DNA of 24,000 nucleotides from Anderseniella sp. (GTDB lineage Bacteria > Pseudomonadota > Alphaproteobacteria > Rhizobiales > Aestuariivirgaceae), in NCBI GenBank assembly GCA_030626025.1, contig DAOUPT010000002.1, positions 45,118 to 69,117 on the forward strand, given 5' to 3'. A model generated the notes under the pieces. It searched no databases. It was not told where the DNA came from and was given only the letters and a program-made list of their open reading frames with translations. Positions within the stretch are counted from its first letter, which is position 1; each line of letters begins with the position of its first letter. Position numbers and translations under genes: made by a program. Positions 1-8,540 of the stretch are shown piece after piece.

Positions 1-1804
1 GCATAACCGTCTGGTTTATGCCGAGCATGATTTGCGGAATGGCAAGTTTAAGTTTGATCTTGGTGAGAATTTGCCAGGGCGTACAACCCGATACAACACC
101 GGCCTCAATCAGTTGCGGATCAACCTGCCGCAAACCCACAGCAGTATAACGAATGGCCGGTGTGATAGCATAGGCGATGATGGCAATCATCGCAGTGAAA
201 TCACCAACCCGGAAAAGCATAACCACCGGCATCAGATAGGCCAGCGACGGCATGGTTTGCAGTGTATCAATCACCACTTTGGTGCCGTTCCATAATCTAT
301 CACGAGTACTGGCCATGATGCCGATTGGAATGCCGATCAGCGCCGCGATAATGACTGAAATGCCACACAGATAAACCGTGACCATAGCCTTTTGCCATTG
401 ACCGGTGATCAGAATAAATCCGGCAAGAACCATACACAACAACGACAATCGCCAGCCTTTAAGGGTATAGCCGGCAAGGCCCAAAAAGCCGATCACCACC
501 GGCCAGGGCAGTGATAGTAAAAACCGCTTGGTCGGGATCATGATGTTGAGCAGCAAGGAAGTTTTGATGCCTTCAAGCAGATCGTAATAATGAATGTTGA
601 TATACTTCATCGCTTCATTGGCAGACTTGCCGGTGGTGATAAACCACGCCTCTGGCCAAGCCTGCATAACACCCCAAAACAAACCGATAACGCCTGTGAT
701 GATGACAACCACCAGACTGACAGACGTATAGGGGTAGCGCTTGAACAGCGTCGTTTTTTCACTCTGTAATTGTGATTGTTCGCCCCGCTGGGCAAAGCCT
801 TGCGACAGCCGGTCAAGAGCAATAGCCAGCACCACAATGGCAAATCCGGCCTCCAGTCCAGCGCCAATATCAAGGCGGCGCAGGGCGGCAAGTACGGTAA
901 AGCCAAGGCCACCAGCCCCGATCATCGAAGCGATAATCACCATATTGAGGGACAGCATAATCACCTGATTAACCCCGACCATCAGGTTCTCCTTGGCACT
1001 GGGGATCATCACTTTCCAGGTCTTTTGGCGTGGCGTGCAGCCGACCATGTTGCCAAGGTCCGATAATTCTGAGGGCACCTGTCCAAGAGCCATTATGGTG
1101 ATGCGCACCATCGGCGGCGTTGCATAAATAATCGTGGCAATAATCGCCGATATCGGACTGAAACCAAAGAACACCAATATCGGCACCAGATAGGCAAACA
1201 CCGGCACCGTCTGCATAATATCCAGAACCGGTGAGATGATCTTGGCAAACAGCGGCCAGCGGTGGGCGCCAAGGCCAAGAAACAGCCCGGCCAAAATGCC
1301 AAAAGGCACCGCGATAATGATCGATGACAGGGTAATCATCGCCCCCTGCCACTGGCCAAACAGCGCCAGATAAGTGAAACAACCCGCCGCCAGCACAGCA
1401 AGCTTCCAACCGCGGGCATAATACCCCAGCGCCCCGACAATAAACACAACTGCAACCCAGCTTAACGGCGGCAACAACTGAATGGCATCAGAACCCTGCC
1501 CTTGCAGCAACCCGGTGGCGAGAAGCGATTTCACTCCGCTGTAAGGAATATTCATCAGCCATGCCATGGCGCGGGTCATCTCGGTAAAGGTGAACAACCC
1601 AAAAGTGGCATCATTGAGCAACCAGTCGGAAAAGTCCGAAATGTGATAACGCAATCGGGTTTGCCAGCCACGCGGGAATTTAAAAGCCCATGCGGCATAC
1701 GGTTTGGCAAATTGCTGAACCAACACCGCCACCACGAACGCCACTGACCAAAGCTGAAACATCGGGCGCTGCCAAATTGGTGAGGGTTTTGATGTCATCG
1801 CCAT
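1..1804 (-). CDS. ABC transporter permease with two fused ProW/OpuAB-type transmembrane domains (partial; C-terminal end lies beyond the left edge, at least 601 codons)
   Basis: Missing from the ORF track because it has no stop inside the window. My manual minus-strand translation from the ATG at 1804 (3 nt after the ATPase stop codon) stays open down to position 2: MAMTSKPSPIWQRPMFQLWSVAFVVAVLVQQFAKPYAAW... It contains two copies of a binding-protein-dependent permease core, each with an EAA-type loop (SELSDLGNMVGCTPRQKTWKVMIPSAKENLMVGVNQ and QLIEAGVVSGCTPWQILTKIKLKLAIPQIMLGINQ). The listed ORFs at 607..912, 969..1409 and 1093..1302 are off-frame shadows of this gene. Confidence 0.85.
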   Translation of the reverse strand, partial: MAMTSKPSPIWQRPMFQLWSVAFVVAVLVQQFAKPYAAWAFKFPRGWQTRLRYHISDFSDWLLNDATFGLFTFTEMTRAMAWLMNIPYSGVKSLLATGLLQGQGSDAIQLLPPLSWVAVVFIVGALGYYARGWKLAVLAAGCFTYLALFGQWQGAMITLSSIIIAVPFGILAGLFLGLGAHRWPLFAKIISPVLDIMQTVPVFAYLVPILVFFGFSPISAIIATIIYATPPMVRITIMALGQVPSELSDLGNMVGCTPRQKTWKVMIPSAKENLMVGVNQVIMLSLNMVIIASMIGAGGLGFTVLAALRRLDIGAGLEAGFAIVVLAIALDRLSQGFAQRGEQSQLQSEKTTLFKRYPYTSVSLVVVIITGVIGLFWGVMQAWPEAWFITTGKSANEAMKYINIHYYDLLEGIKTSLLLNIMIPTKRFLLSLPWPVVIGFLGLAGYTLKGWRLSLLCMVLAGFILITGQWQKAMVTVYLCGISVIIAALIGIPIGIMASTRDRLWNGTKVVIDTLQTMPSLAYLMPVVMLFRVGDFTAMIAIIAYAITPAIRYTAVGLRQVDPQLIEAGVVSGCTPWQILTKIKLKLAIPQIMLGINQTVM

Positions 1805-1807
1805 GAT

Positions 1808-2845
1808 TCAACCCTGCATCAAAACATCAATGACGTCATCGCGGGTAATCTCCCCGATGATTTTGTCATTGTTGTTCTCATCAATCACCGCAAAGGCGGT
1901 CGTTGCTTTCTTCAACTGCGAAACAATTTCAGCAATTTTTGCGCTGGCTTTGATATAGCCGCTATAGCCGCCATCTGGCGCGTTATCTGCTTTTGCAGAC
2001 ATCACCGATTCAACCGAAACAACCTTGGCACGTGAGACATCGCGGGTAAATTCCGCCACATAATCAGTGGCCGGGTTAAGGACAATATCCTGCGGCGTGC
2101 CAACCTGATCAACCGCTCCGTCTTTCATAATCGCAATACGGTCAGCCAGACGAATGGCCTCATCAAAATCATGGGTAATGAAGACAATGGTTTTCTTCAA
2201 CACCCCCTGTAACCGTAAAAACTCATCCTGCATCTCACGCCTGATCAGTGGATCAAGGGCCGAAAACGGCTCATCAAGAAACCACAATTCAGGCTCCACC
2301 GCCAGCGACCGGGCAATGCCGACCCGTTGTTGTTGACCACCGGAAAGTTCACGCGGAAAATAATTCTCACGGCCCTTGAGGCCGACAAGCTCAATCACTT
2401 CCAGAGCCCGAACCTCGCGTTCAGCTTTGCCAATGCCTTGCACCTCCAGCGGAAAAGCAACATTACCCAAAACTGTCAAGTGAGGCAAAAGAGCAAAATG
2501 TTGAAAGACCATCCCCATCTTGTGACGACGGATTTCGATCATTTCAGCATCGGACTTTTCTGTCAGATTCTCACCATTAAACAGAACTTTTCCCTGGGTC
2601 GGTTCAATCAACCGCGACATACAACGCACCAGCGTTGATTTGCCCGAACCGGACAACCCCATGATGACAAAAATTTCGCCATCAAAAATATCGAGGGTTA
2701 CGTTTTGAACAGCACCAATAAGGTTGTTGGTCGCCAGATCCGTGGCCGAAGGAGATGATGCTGGTGATTTAAAGACAACGTCCAGATTGTCGCCGTAAAC
2801 TTTCCAAACGCCGTCGCACACTAACTTGGGAGTCTTTTGCCGCAT
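1808..2845 (-). CDS. ABC transporter ATP-binding protein, ProV/OpuAA-like (quaternary amine class) with a C-terminal CBS-like tail
   Basis: 345-aa ORF with Walker A GLSGSGKST, ABC signature LSGGQQQRVGIARSL, Walker B LWFLDEPFSALD and H-loop FITHD. The C-terminal ~90 aa (…AFAVIDENNNDKIIGEITRDDVIDVLMQG) resemble a CBS regulatory module. It is tightly packed with the downstream permease. Confidence 0.9.
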   Translation of the reverse strand: MRQKTPKLVCDGVWKVYGDNLDVVFKSPASSPSATDLATNNLIGAVQNVTLDIFDGEIFVIMGLSGSGKSTLVRCMSRLIEPTQGKVLFNGENLTEKSDAEMIEIRRHKMGMVFQHFALLPHLTVLGNVAFPLEVQGIGKAEREVRALEVIELVGLKGRENYFPRELSGGQQQRVGIARSLAVEPELWFLDEPFSALDPLIRREMQDEFLRLQGVLKKTIVFITHDFDEAIRLADRIAIMKDGAVDQVGTPQDIVLNPATDYVAEFTRDVSRAKVVSVESVMSAKADNAPDGGYSGYIKASAKIAEIVSQLKKATTAFAVIDENNNDKIIGEITRDDVIDVLMQG

Positions 2846-2885
2846 AGCGCCTCAAGGCTTTTACTGAATTTTCAGTTGGTAAGTT

Positions 2886-2915
2886 GCGGGAGGAACCGGG
2901 GGCGATCCCTCCCGC
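2886..2915 (-). other. Intercistronic stem-loop between the SBP and ATPase genes
   Basis: GCGGGAGG (2886-2893) and CCTCCCGC (2908-2915) form a perfect 8-bp GC-rich stem with a 14-nt loop. It lies in the 115-nt gap between the SBP stop and the ATPase start. No U tract follows on the minus strand, so it is more likely an mRNA-stability or attenuation element than a full terminator. Confidence 0.4.
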
Positions 2916-2960
2916 TGGGTTTTCCGGAGGTTGGAAGTCCTCCTGTTGGAAACTAGACGA

Positions 2961-3929
2961 TTACTTCAACCATTCTTTCCATCTGGATTCATTTTTCTTC
3001 ATCCATTCAGCAACAACGGCTTCAACCTTTTTACCATCAAGGTCGACAGCGCCAACCATGGCACCCATTTCATCATTGCCAATGTTGAACTTTTTCATTG
3101 CTGCATGGGCACCAGGCCATTTTTTCTTCAGACCGGCCCAGGCAACCTTCCAGATCGGACCGCGTGGTTTGCCGCAATCATATTTGGCGTCTTTGTTGAC
3201 GCCCACTTTGGCATCAGCATAACAGGCAGCGCTGTATTTGGGGAACTCAACCCATTCACCTTTATATTTGGATGGTGCCCAGTGCGGCGCATAAATCCAC
3301 AACAAAATAGGTGCTTTACGCTGATAGGCTGATTCCAGTTCGGCAAACAGCGCTGCATCAGTCCCGGCATGAACCACTTCAAAATCAAGACCAAGAGCCT
3401 CGGCCCGTTCATCATCAAAGCCACCCCAAGTTACCGGGCCACCAAGATAACGCCCTTTTGGGGCTGTTTCGGGGGTGGAAAATTCCTTGGCACATTTGTT
3501 AAGCGCTTTCCAGTCTGGCAGACCGGGACACTTCTCTTTCATATATGAAGGAAACCACCATTCCTCGATGGCTTTCATACCGGTCTCGCCGACATTTTCA
3601 ACCTTGCCGGTTTTGGTGGCTTTATCCATCGCTTCGCGACCGGTAGTTTCCCATATTTCCATGGCAATATGCAAATCACCACTTTGCAATCCGGCAAATT
3701 GGGCGATGTAGTCGGCTTGCACATACTCAATATTATACCCGGCTTTTTTCAGCACTGACCCCATAATACGGGTGGTAACGAACTGGCCCGTCCAGTCATG
3801 CAAGGTAAGCTTGATCGGATCCTTTGATTCAACCTCGGCCAGCGCCGGTGTACCAATAGCCGCCAGCGACATGGCTGCAATCGGCAGAGCAGCAAAAGCA
3901 GTTGCGCGCAATTTTGATTTTAATGACAT
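2961..3929 (-). CDS. ABC transporter substrate-binding protein, OpuAC/ProX-type (glycine betaine/choline/TMAO class), secreted
   Basis: ORF 2961..4271 trimmed to the ATG at 3929, which has GGGAGGA about 10 nt upstream. The longer version would overlap the divergent DeoR gene. MSLKSKLRATAFAALPIAAMSLAAIGTPALA is a Sec signal peptide. The mature part has the aromatic-rich pattern (HDWTG, EIWETT, EEWWFPSY, WGGFDDE) that I associate with quaternary-amine binding proteins. Confidence 0.85.
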   Translation of the reverse strand: MSLKSKLRATAFAALPIAAMSLAAIGTPALAEVESKDPIKLTLHDWTGQFVTTRIMGSVLKKAGYNIEYVQADYIAQFAGLQSGDLHIAMEIWETTGREAMDKATKTGKVENVGETGMKAIEEWWFPSYMKEKCPGLPDWKALNKCAKEFSTPETAPKGRYLGGPVTWGGFDDERAEALGLDFEVVHAGTDAALFAELESAYQRKAPILLWIYAPHWAPSKYKGEWVEFPKYSAACYADAKVGVNKDAKYDCGKPRGPIWKVAWAGLKKKWPGAHAAMKKFNIGNDEMGAMVGAVDLDGKKVEAVVAEWMKKNESRWKEWLK

Positions 3930-4101
3930 TAGAGTAGCGTCCTCCCTGAAAGACTGATGCAGCTTTATAATCTTGATTTCGAATAGGGTGTGCTGCAATA
4001 GACACAAACTGTTGATTCCTTTAAGCCTGTTGTCAATAAAATTGTTTGATTTTGCGAGAATTTCCTGTACTAAATTATCAAAACCCACAAAACCACACAA
4101 A

Positions 4102-4878
4102 ATGTCCAAATTTATTGACCTAAAGCACACAAAACGCCACGCAGCGATTATGCAGATCGTCGGCGAGGAAGGCACCAGTACCATTGCCGGACTGGCCGAG
4201 CGTCTTGGCGTCTCACAAGAGTCAATCCGCCGCGATGTCCGACCGCTGACCAATGCGGAAAAACTGGTCAAGGTTCATGGCGCGGTCACCCTGCCCCATC
4301 ATTTCGCCGAAGCTCCGTTTGAAAAGCGTATGCGCGAAAGTGCCAGCGCCAAGCGCGCCATTGCCCGACACGCCGCGGCCAAGGTTGTAGATGGCGACAG
4401 CGTGATGTTTGATACCGGCACCACCACATCGCTGGTAGCACGCGAACTGCTAGTCCGCAAAAACCTGACCGTGGTCACCAATTCATCTGATATCGCCCGG
4501 ACACTGGCCACCGTAAACGGCAACACGGTCTATATGGCCGGTGGCAAATTGCATGGCGATAACGGGGCAGCTTTTGGACCGCTGGCGGTGGATTTTCTCA
4601 ACAGTTTCTCGGTCCGGTTGTCTTTTATTTCAATCGGCGCCATTGATGCTGTTGCCGGTGCGATGGACTACCATCTCGATGAGGCCCAAATCGCCCGCGC
4701 CGTGCTCAAACAGGGTGAAACCTCCTATATTGTAACCGATGCCAGTAAATTTGAACGACGCGGACTGGTGCAGGTCTGCAACTTTAGCGGCTTTGACCGG
4801 TTAATCACCGATGAACAGCCCCCGACCGCCATAGCAACGCAACTGCGCGAAGCAGGAGTCGAGCTTGAAGTGATTTAG
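4102..4878 (+). CDS. DeoR/GlpR family transcriptional regulator
   Basis: ORF 3973..4878 trimmed to the ATG at 4102 (MSKFIDLKHTKRHAAIMQIVGEEG...). It has an N-terminal wHTH (TIAGLAERLGVSQESIRRDV) and a DeoR-C-type effector domain (MFDTGTTT, VVTNS, FISIGAID, YIVTDASKF). It is divergent from the ABC importer operon. Confidence 0.85.
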   Translation: MSKFIDLKHTKRHAAIMQIVGEEGTSTIAGLAERLGVSQESIRRDVRPLTNAEKLVKVHGAVTLPHHFAEAPFEKRMRESASAKRAIARHAAAKVVDGDSVMFDTGTTTSLVARELLVRKNLTVVTNSSDIARTLATVNGNTVYMAGGKLHGDNGAAFGPLAVDFLNSFSVRLSFISIGAIDAVAGAMDYHLDEAQIARAVLKQGETSYIVTDASKFERRGLVQVCNFSGFDRLITDEQPPTAIATQLREAGVELEVI

Positions 4879-5007
4879 GGGGGACGCCGGACGATTGAAG
4901 TTGCATCTTTGGCGTTTCAGTTTTATATAACGAGCATTCCCATCCATTTTCAATTTGGTTACACTATTCGCAGAACCGGGATAAAGGTTCTGAAAAGGAG
5001 AAAACTC

Positions 5008-5754
5008 ATGTCGCGCGCACCTCTTATGCCCAAAGCAACAGCTGTCTGGTTGATTGACAATACCGGCCTGACATTTCGTCAGATTGCTGATTTTTGCAAA
5101 TTGCACGAGCTGGAAGTCAAAGGCATTGCCGATGGCGATGTGGCCATGGGTATTAAGGGCCTGGACCCGATTGCCGCTGGCGAGTTGACCCGCGATGAAA
5201 TCGAAAAATCAGAAGCCGATCCCAGTCATCAGCTTATGATGGCCAAACCAAAAACCGAAATTCCGGTCACCAAGCCCCGTAAAGGCCCGCGTTACACACC
5301 AGTTTCACGCCGTCAGGATCGTCCTGATGCGATTTCCTGGCTGGTTCGCAATCACCCTGAATTGCCTGATTCAGCCATCATGAAACTTGTTGGCACCACC
5401 AAGCCAACGATCGCTGCCATTCGTGATCGCTCACACTGGAATTCAGCCAACATTACCCCGGTTGACCCGGTCGGTCTTGGCCTGTGCACCCAAATCCTGC
5501 TCGATCAGGCGGTCATGAAAGCAGCTAAAAAAGCCGGTAAAGTCTCAGCTGAACTGGGTAACGAAGGCGGCCCGACACTTATTCCTGCCAGTGAAACAGT
5601 AGCAGCGCCCGAAGCACCGGCCATATCACTTGGCGCCCTGCTTGAGGGTAGCGATAAACCACTGCAGGTCACAGAAGAAGAACCCAAATACGACGCTGAT
5701 TCAGTCTTTGGCAAATTGTCAGAATTGAAAAAGGACGACGAACAAGAAGACTAG
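5008..5754 (+). CDS. DUF1013-family protein (alphaproteobacteria-restricted; I recall some pipelines naming it cell-cycle transcriptional regulator TrcR)
   Basis: ORF 4909..5754 trimmed to the ATG at 5008, with AAGGAG 7 nt upstream. The N-terminus MSRAPLMPKATAVWLIDNTGLTFRQIADFCKLHELEVKGIADGDVAMGIKGLDPIAAGELTRDEIE matches my memory of the DUF1013 consensus (PLMPKATAxWLxxNTxLxFxQIAxFCxLHxLEVxGIADG). The tail is acidic. Confidence 0.7.
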   Translation: MSRAPLMPKATAVWLIDNTGLTFRQIADFCKLHELEVKGIADGDVAMGIKGLDPIAAGELTRDEIEKSEADPSHQLMMAKPKTEIPVTKPRKGPRYTPVSRRQDRPDAISWLVRNHPELPDSAIMKLVGTTKPTIAAIRDRSHWNSANITPVDPVGLGLCTQILLDQAVMKAAKKAGKVSAELGNEGGPTLIPASETVAAPEAPAISLGALLEGSDKPLQVTEEEPKYDADSVFGKLSELKKDDEQED

Positions 5755-5761
5755 GGCCTGT

Positions 5762-5857
5762 CTCCCAAAAGTGGGCACCGGTTTTGGGATAAAGACATGC
5801 GTAAAAACAAAGACTTAAAGCATGTCACATGAATCTCAAAAAAGGAGCCATGCTTTA
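5762..5857. repeat. Two-hairpin intergenic element resembling a short dispersed alphaproteobacterial intergenic repeat family
   Basis: Hairpin 1 is CCCAAAA (5764-5770) with TTTTGGG (5782-5788). Hairpin 2 is TAAAGCATG (5816-5824) with CATGCTTTA (5849-5857). The core string GTGGGCACCGGTTTTGGGATAAAGACATGCGTAAAAACAAAGACTTAAAGC resembles, from memory, a motif seen in many copies between genes in Rhizobiales and Rhodobacterales genomes. Confidence 0.35.
5796..5857 (-). terminator. Candidate intrinsic terminator of the SDR gene
   Basis: On the minus strand, the 9-bp stem UAAAGCAUG/CAUGCUUUA begins at the SDR stop codon. It is followed 2 nt later by UCUUUGUUUUU. The stem is AU-rich and the loop is 24 nt, so this is only moderate support. 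Confidence 0.3.
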
Positions 5858-6658
5858 GCTCTTAATCGGTACCGTATAATTCAGCGGCAGGCGGCCACCA
5901 TCAGCATAGATTGTCTGACCGGTGATATAACTGGCGTCTTTGGACGCCAGAAACGCTGCAATAGAGGCAATCTCTTCAGGCTCGCCAATTCGGCCAAGAG
6001 GCGTACGTGACATAATACGATCGTTGGCTTCCTTATCATTGGCAACCGCTTTGAGAATATCCGTCATAATACTGCCCGGACCAATGGCATTAACGCGAAT
6101 TCCGTGTGGAGCCAGCGACAGCGCCATAACTTTCGTCAATTGAGCAACACCGCCTTTGGAAATTGTATAGGGCACCTGTGTCGGGATCGCCAGAACAGCA
6201 TTAACCGACGACATATTGATGATAGTACCCGGATTTTCGCCATCTGCTTCAAGCTGGGCAACCATCTGACGGGCAACCGTTTGGCCAACCAGAAAAGCCC
6301 CTTTCAGATTAACCTTGATAACCCGGTCAAAATCTTTCTCGGAAATATCGAGAAAATCACCCCCGATGATAATCCCGGCATTATTGACCAAAATATCGAT
6401 TCTGCCGTGCATATCCACCACCGCAGCCACCATATTGCGCACATCAAGTTTTTTACCCACGTCACAATGGATAAAGGAAGCATCACCACCTTCGGCCCGT
6501 ATTGCCTCGCAAGAAATTTCCCCCTCGCTCTCATCAATATCGGCAATAACAACTTTGGCCCCGTCTCTGGCAAAACGCTCGGCGCAAGCAAGGCCAATAC
6601 CCTTGGCACCGCCGGTTATAACGGCAATTTTTTCAGAAAGAGACTTGGATTCCACCAT
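5855..6658 (-). CDS. Short-chain dehydrogenase/reductase (SDR) family oxidoreductase
   Basis: 267-aa ORF with the Rossmann motif TGGAKGIGLA, an NNAG motif (LVNNAGII) and the catalytic S...YxxxK (SSVNA...YTISKGGV). These are features of a classical SDR. Confidence 0.9.
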   Translation of the reverse strand: MVESKSLSEKIAVITGGAKGIGLACAERFARDGAKVVIADIDESEGEISCEAIRAEGGDASFIHCDVGKKLDVRNMVAAVVDMHGRIDILVNNAGIIIGGDFLDISEKDFDRVIKVNLKGAFLVGQTVARQMVAQLEADGENPGTIINMSSVNAVLAIPTQVPYTISKGGVAQLTKVMALSLAPHGIRVNAIGPGSIMTDILKAVANDKEANDRIMSRTPLGRIGEPEEIASIAAFLASKDASYITGQTIYADGGRLPLNYTVPIKS

Positions 6659-6760
6659 TTTTAGTTCCGCTCATTTGTTATCAGCCCGCCCCGGAATGAC
6701 CTGTTCATTTTTTTCAAAACGACCTTAATTCAATGAGCAGGTAAATGTAAAGATGTACCC

Positions 6761-8467
6761 TCAGCTCTTTGCTCTACCCTTTGCCCTGCCCTTTGGTCTT
6801 CCTTGTGAAACCACTTTTGACAGTAAAATCACCGGCACCAGACCAATCAGCACAATGGCCAACGCCGTCGGGGCACTTTCTTCAAACTGGTCGAGAGAAA
6901 CCAGCGTATAAACATGGGTGGCCAGAGTGTCGAAGTTGAACGGACGCAGAAGCAATGTCGCCGGCAACTCTTTCATCGCATCGACAAACACCAGCAGGCC
7001 GGCAGTGCCGATGGCTGAACGCAACAGCGGTAGGTGGACTTCGCGCAGCACCATGCCTTTTGTCCGGCCCAATGAACGGGCCACCGCATCAAGATTTGGC
7101 GACAGCTTGGCAAAACCGGACTCCAGCGCCCCATTCGAGATCGCCATAAAACGCACCACATAGGCAAAAACCACCGTCCCGGCGGTCCCCGAAATCAGCA
7201 GACCGGTGGTGATGCCAAAAACGCTTGAAGATATCACCCCAACCACACCCTCAACATAAGACAGAAACACCAAAATGCCGATGGCCAGCACAGTGCCGGG
7301 CACCGCATAACCAATTGAGCTAATCCGCACCAGACCATTCAACAAACCAGATGGGTTGGCCCGTTTCGCTGAGGTCAGAAAAATACCAATCAGCACCGCC
7401 ACAACAGCTGCCGCACTGGCCACCAGCACCGAATGCCCGACATTGCGCCAAAAACTCTCATCAAGAAAAACCTGCCAGTGCAACCCTACCGCTTTAACCA
7501 GCACACTTGCAGGCAATACAAATCCCAGCAAAATCGGCATCGCGCAAGCAATTGTCGCTGCCATTGCATAAAACCCTTTGAGCCTGGTTGCTGAAATATT
7601 ACGATACCGCCCTGTGGTCTGATAAAACTGTTGCCGCCGCCGACTAACCCGCTCAACCCACAACAACAGCACCACAAATATCAGCATCACACAGGCAATT
7701 TGCGCTGCACCGGGCAGCGAGCCGCGCTCAAGCCAGGTGTTGTAAACTGAAAAAGTCAGCGTATTAACGCCAAAATGCTCCACCGCACCAATGTCATTCA
7801 GACACTCCATCAGGGCCAGTGTCGCGCCCGCCACCAGTGCCGGACGGGCCAGCGGCAGGCCAACGTTCCAGAAAACACCCCAATGCGACCGCCCCAATGT
7901 CCGGGCCACCTCAAGGGCGCAAATCGACTGGCCGACAAAACTGGCCCGCGCTGTCAGATACACATAAGGATAAAGCACAAATGACATGACAAATATCGCC
8001 CCGCCCAGCGAGCGGATTTCAGGAAACCAGTAATCGCGGGCCGACTGCCAACCAAAAAACCCGCGCAATGTCGTCTGCATCAGACCGGAATAATCCCAGA
8101 TTTCCGTATAACTGAAAGCAGTCAGATAAGTCGGCATCGCCAGCGGTATCAGCGACAGCCAGACAAACACCTTGCGACCGGGAAACCGGTACATGGTCAC
8201 CAGCCAGGCCGAACTGGCCCCGATCGACATGGTCAGCAAACCAACCCCGATCATCAGCAAAACCGTATCGCTCAAGGCCCGCGGCAACACCGTTGCCAGC
8301 AGGTGCGGCCAGATATTGTCTTGCGCCGACAACGCCACCCCGAACAATGCCAATATAGGCCCGACAACAATCAATGCCACCAGCACCACCCAGCCCAAGG
8401 CTCCCGGCGTAATCCGCGATAATCTCAATCGTTTTGAAAAACTGTTATGGCTTGCAACTTCGCTCAT
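6761..8467 (-). CDS. ABC transporter permease with two tandem domains, Fe(III)/thiamine (FbpB/AfuB/ThiP)-type
   Basis: 568-aa ORF with about 12 hydrophobic segments and two permease cores. Its length and duplicated architecture fit FbpB-like iron(III) permeases. The C-terminal tail GRPKGRAKGRAKS is encoded by a short near-tandem DNA repeat (CCCTTTGC-like units at 6761-6800). Confidence 0.8.
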   Translation of the reverse strand: MSEVASHNSFSKRLRLSRITPGALGWVVLVALIVVGPILALFGVALSAQDNIWPHLLATVLPRALSDTVLLMIGVGLLTMSIGASSAWLVTMYRFPGRKVFVWLSLIPLAMPTYLTAFSYTEIWDYSGLMQTTLRGFFGWQSARDYWFPEIRSLGGAIFVMSFVLYPYVYLTARASFVGQSICALEVARTLGRSHWGVFWNVGLPLARPALVAGATLALMECLNDIGAVEHFGVNTLTFSVYNTWLERGSLPGAAQIACVMLIFVVLLLWVERVSRRRQQFYQTTGRYRNISATRLKGFYAMAATIACAMPILLGFVLPASVLVKAVGLHWQVFLDESFWRNVGHSVLVASAAAVVAVLIGIFLTSAKRANPSGLLNGLVRISSIGYAVPGTVLAIGILVFLSYVEGVVGVISSSVFGITTGLLISGTAGTVVFAYVVRFMAISNGALESGFAKLSPNLDAVARSLGRTKGMVLREVHLPLLRSAIGTAGLLVFVDAMKELPATLLLRPFNFDTLATHVYTLVSLDQFEESAPTALAIVLIGLVPVILLSKVVSQGRPKGRAKGRAKS

Positions 8468-8540
8468 AAATCCACTTAAGAATCATTTGCAACTAATGTC
8501 AAAGCCCATCATGACGGCGCAATGCCGCGCCAACCAGCAA

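Noticed and set aside
32-1747. Many 60-146-aa ORFs on both strands in the ORF track (e.g. 607..912 -, 969..1409 -, 776..1066 +, 1502..1747 +)
   Set aside because: All lie inside the long open minus-strand frame of the fused ABC permease (1..1804), which has clear family motifs. They are off-frame or antisense shadows with Arg/Cys/Trp-rich, non-protein-like composition.
3961-4101. TTGATT(T/C) occurring three times (3973, 4012, 4046) and TGTTG-like repeats in the SBP/DeoR divergent region, considered as a possible DeoR operator
   Set aside because: These are short hexamers in an AT-rich 172-bp region, so recurrence is expected by chance. There is no consistent spacing or palindromy.
3930-4271. 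5' extension of the SBP ORF to 436 aa (start at 4271)
   Set aside because: The extension has no signal peptide or family similarity and would overlap the divergent DeoR gene. The internal ATG at 3929 has a strong SD and gives a proper signal peptide.
6104-6728. 186-aa and 137-aa + strand ORFs
   Set aside because: They are antisense to the well-supported SDR gene. They have low-complexity, unusual composition and no start context.
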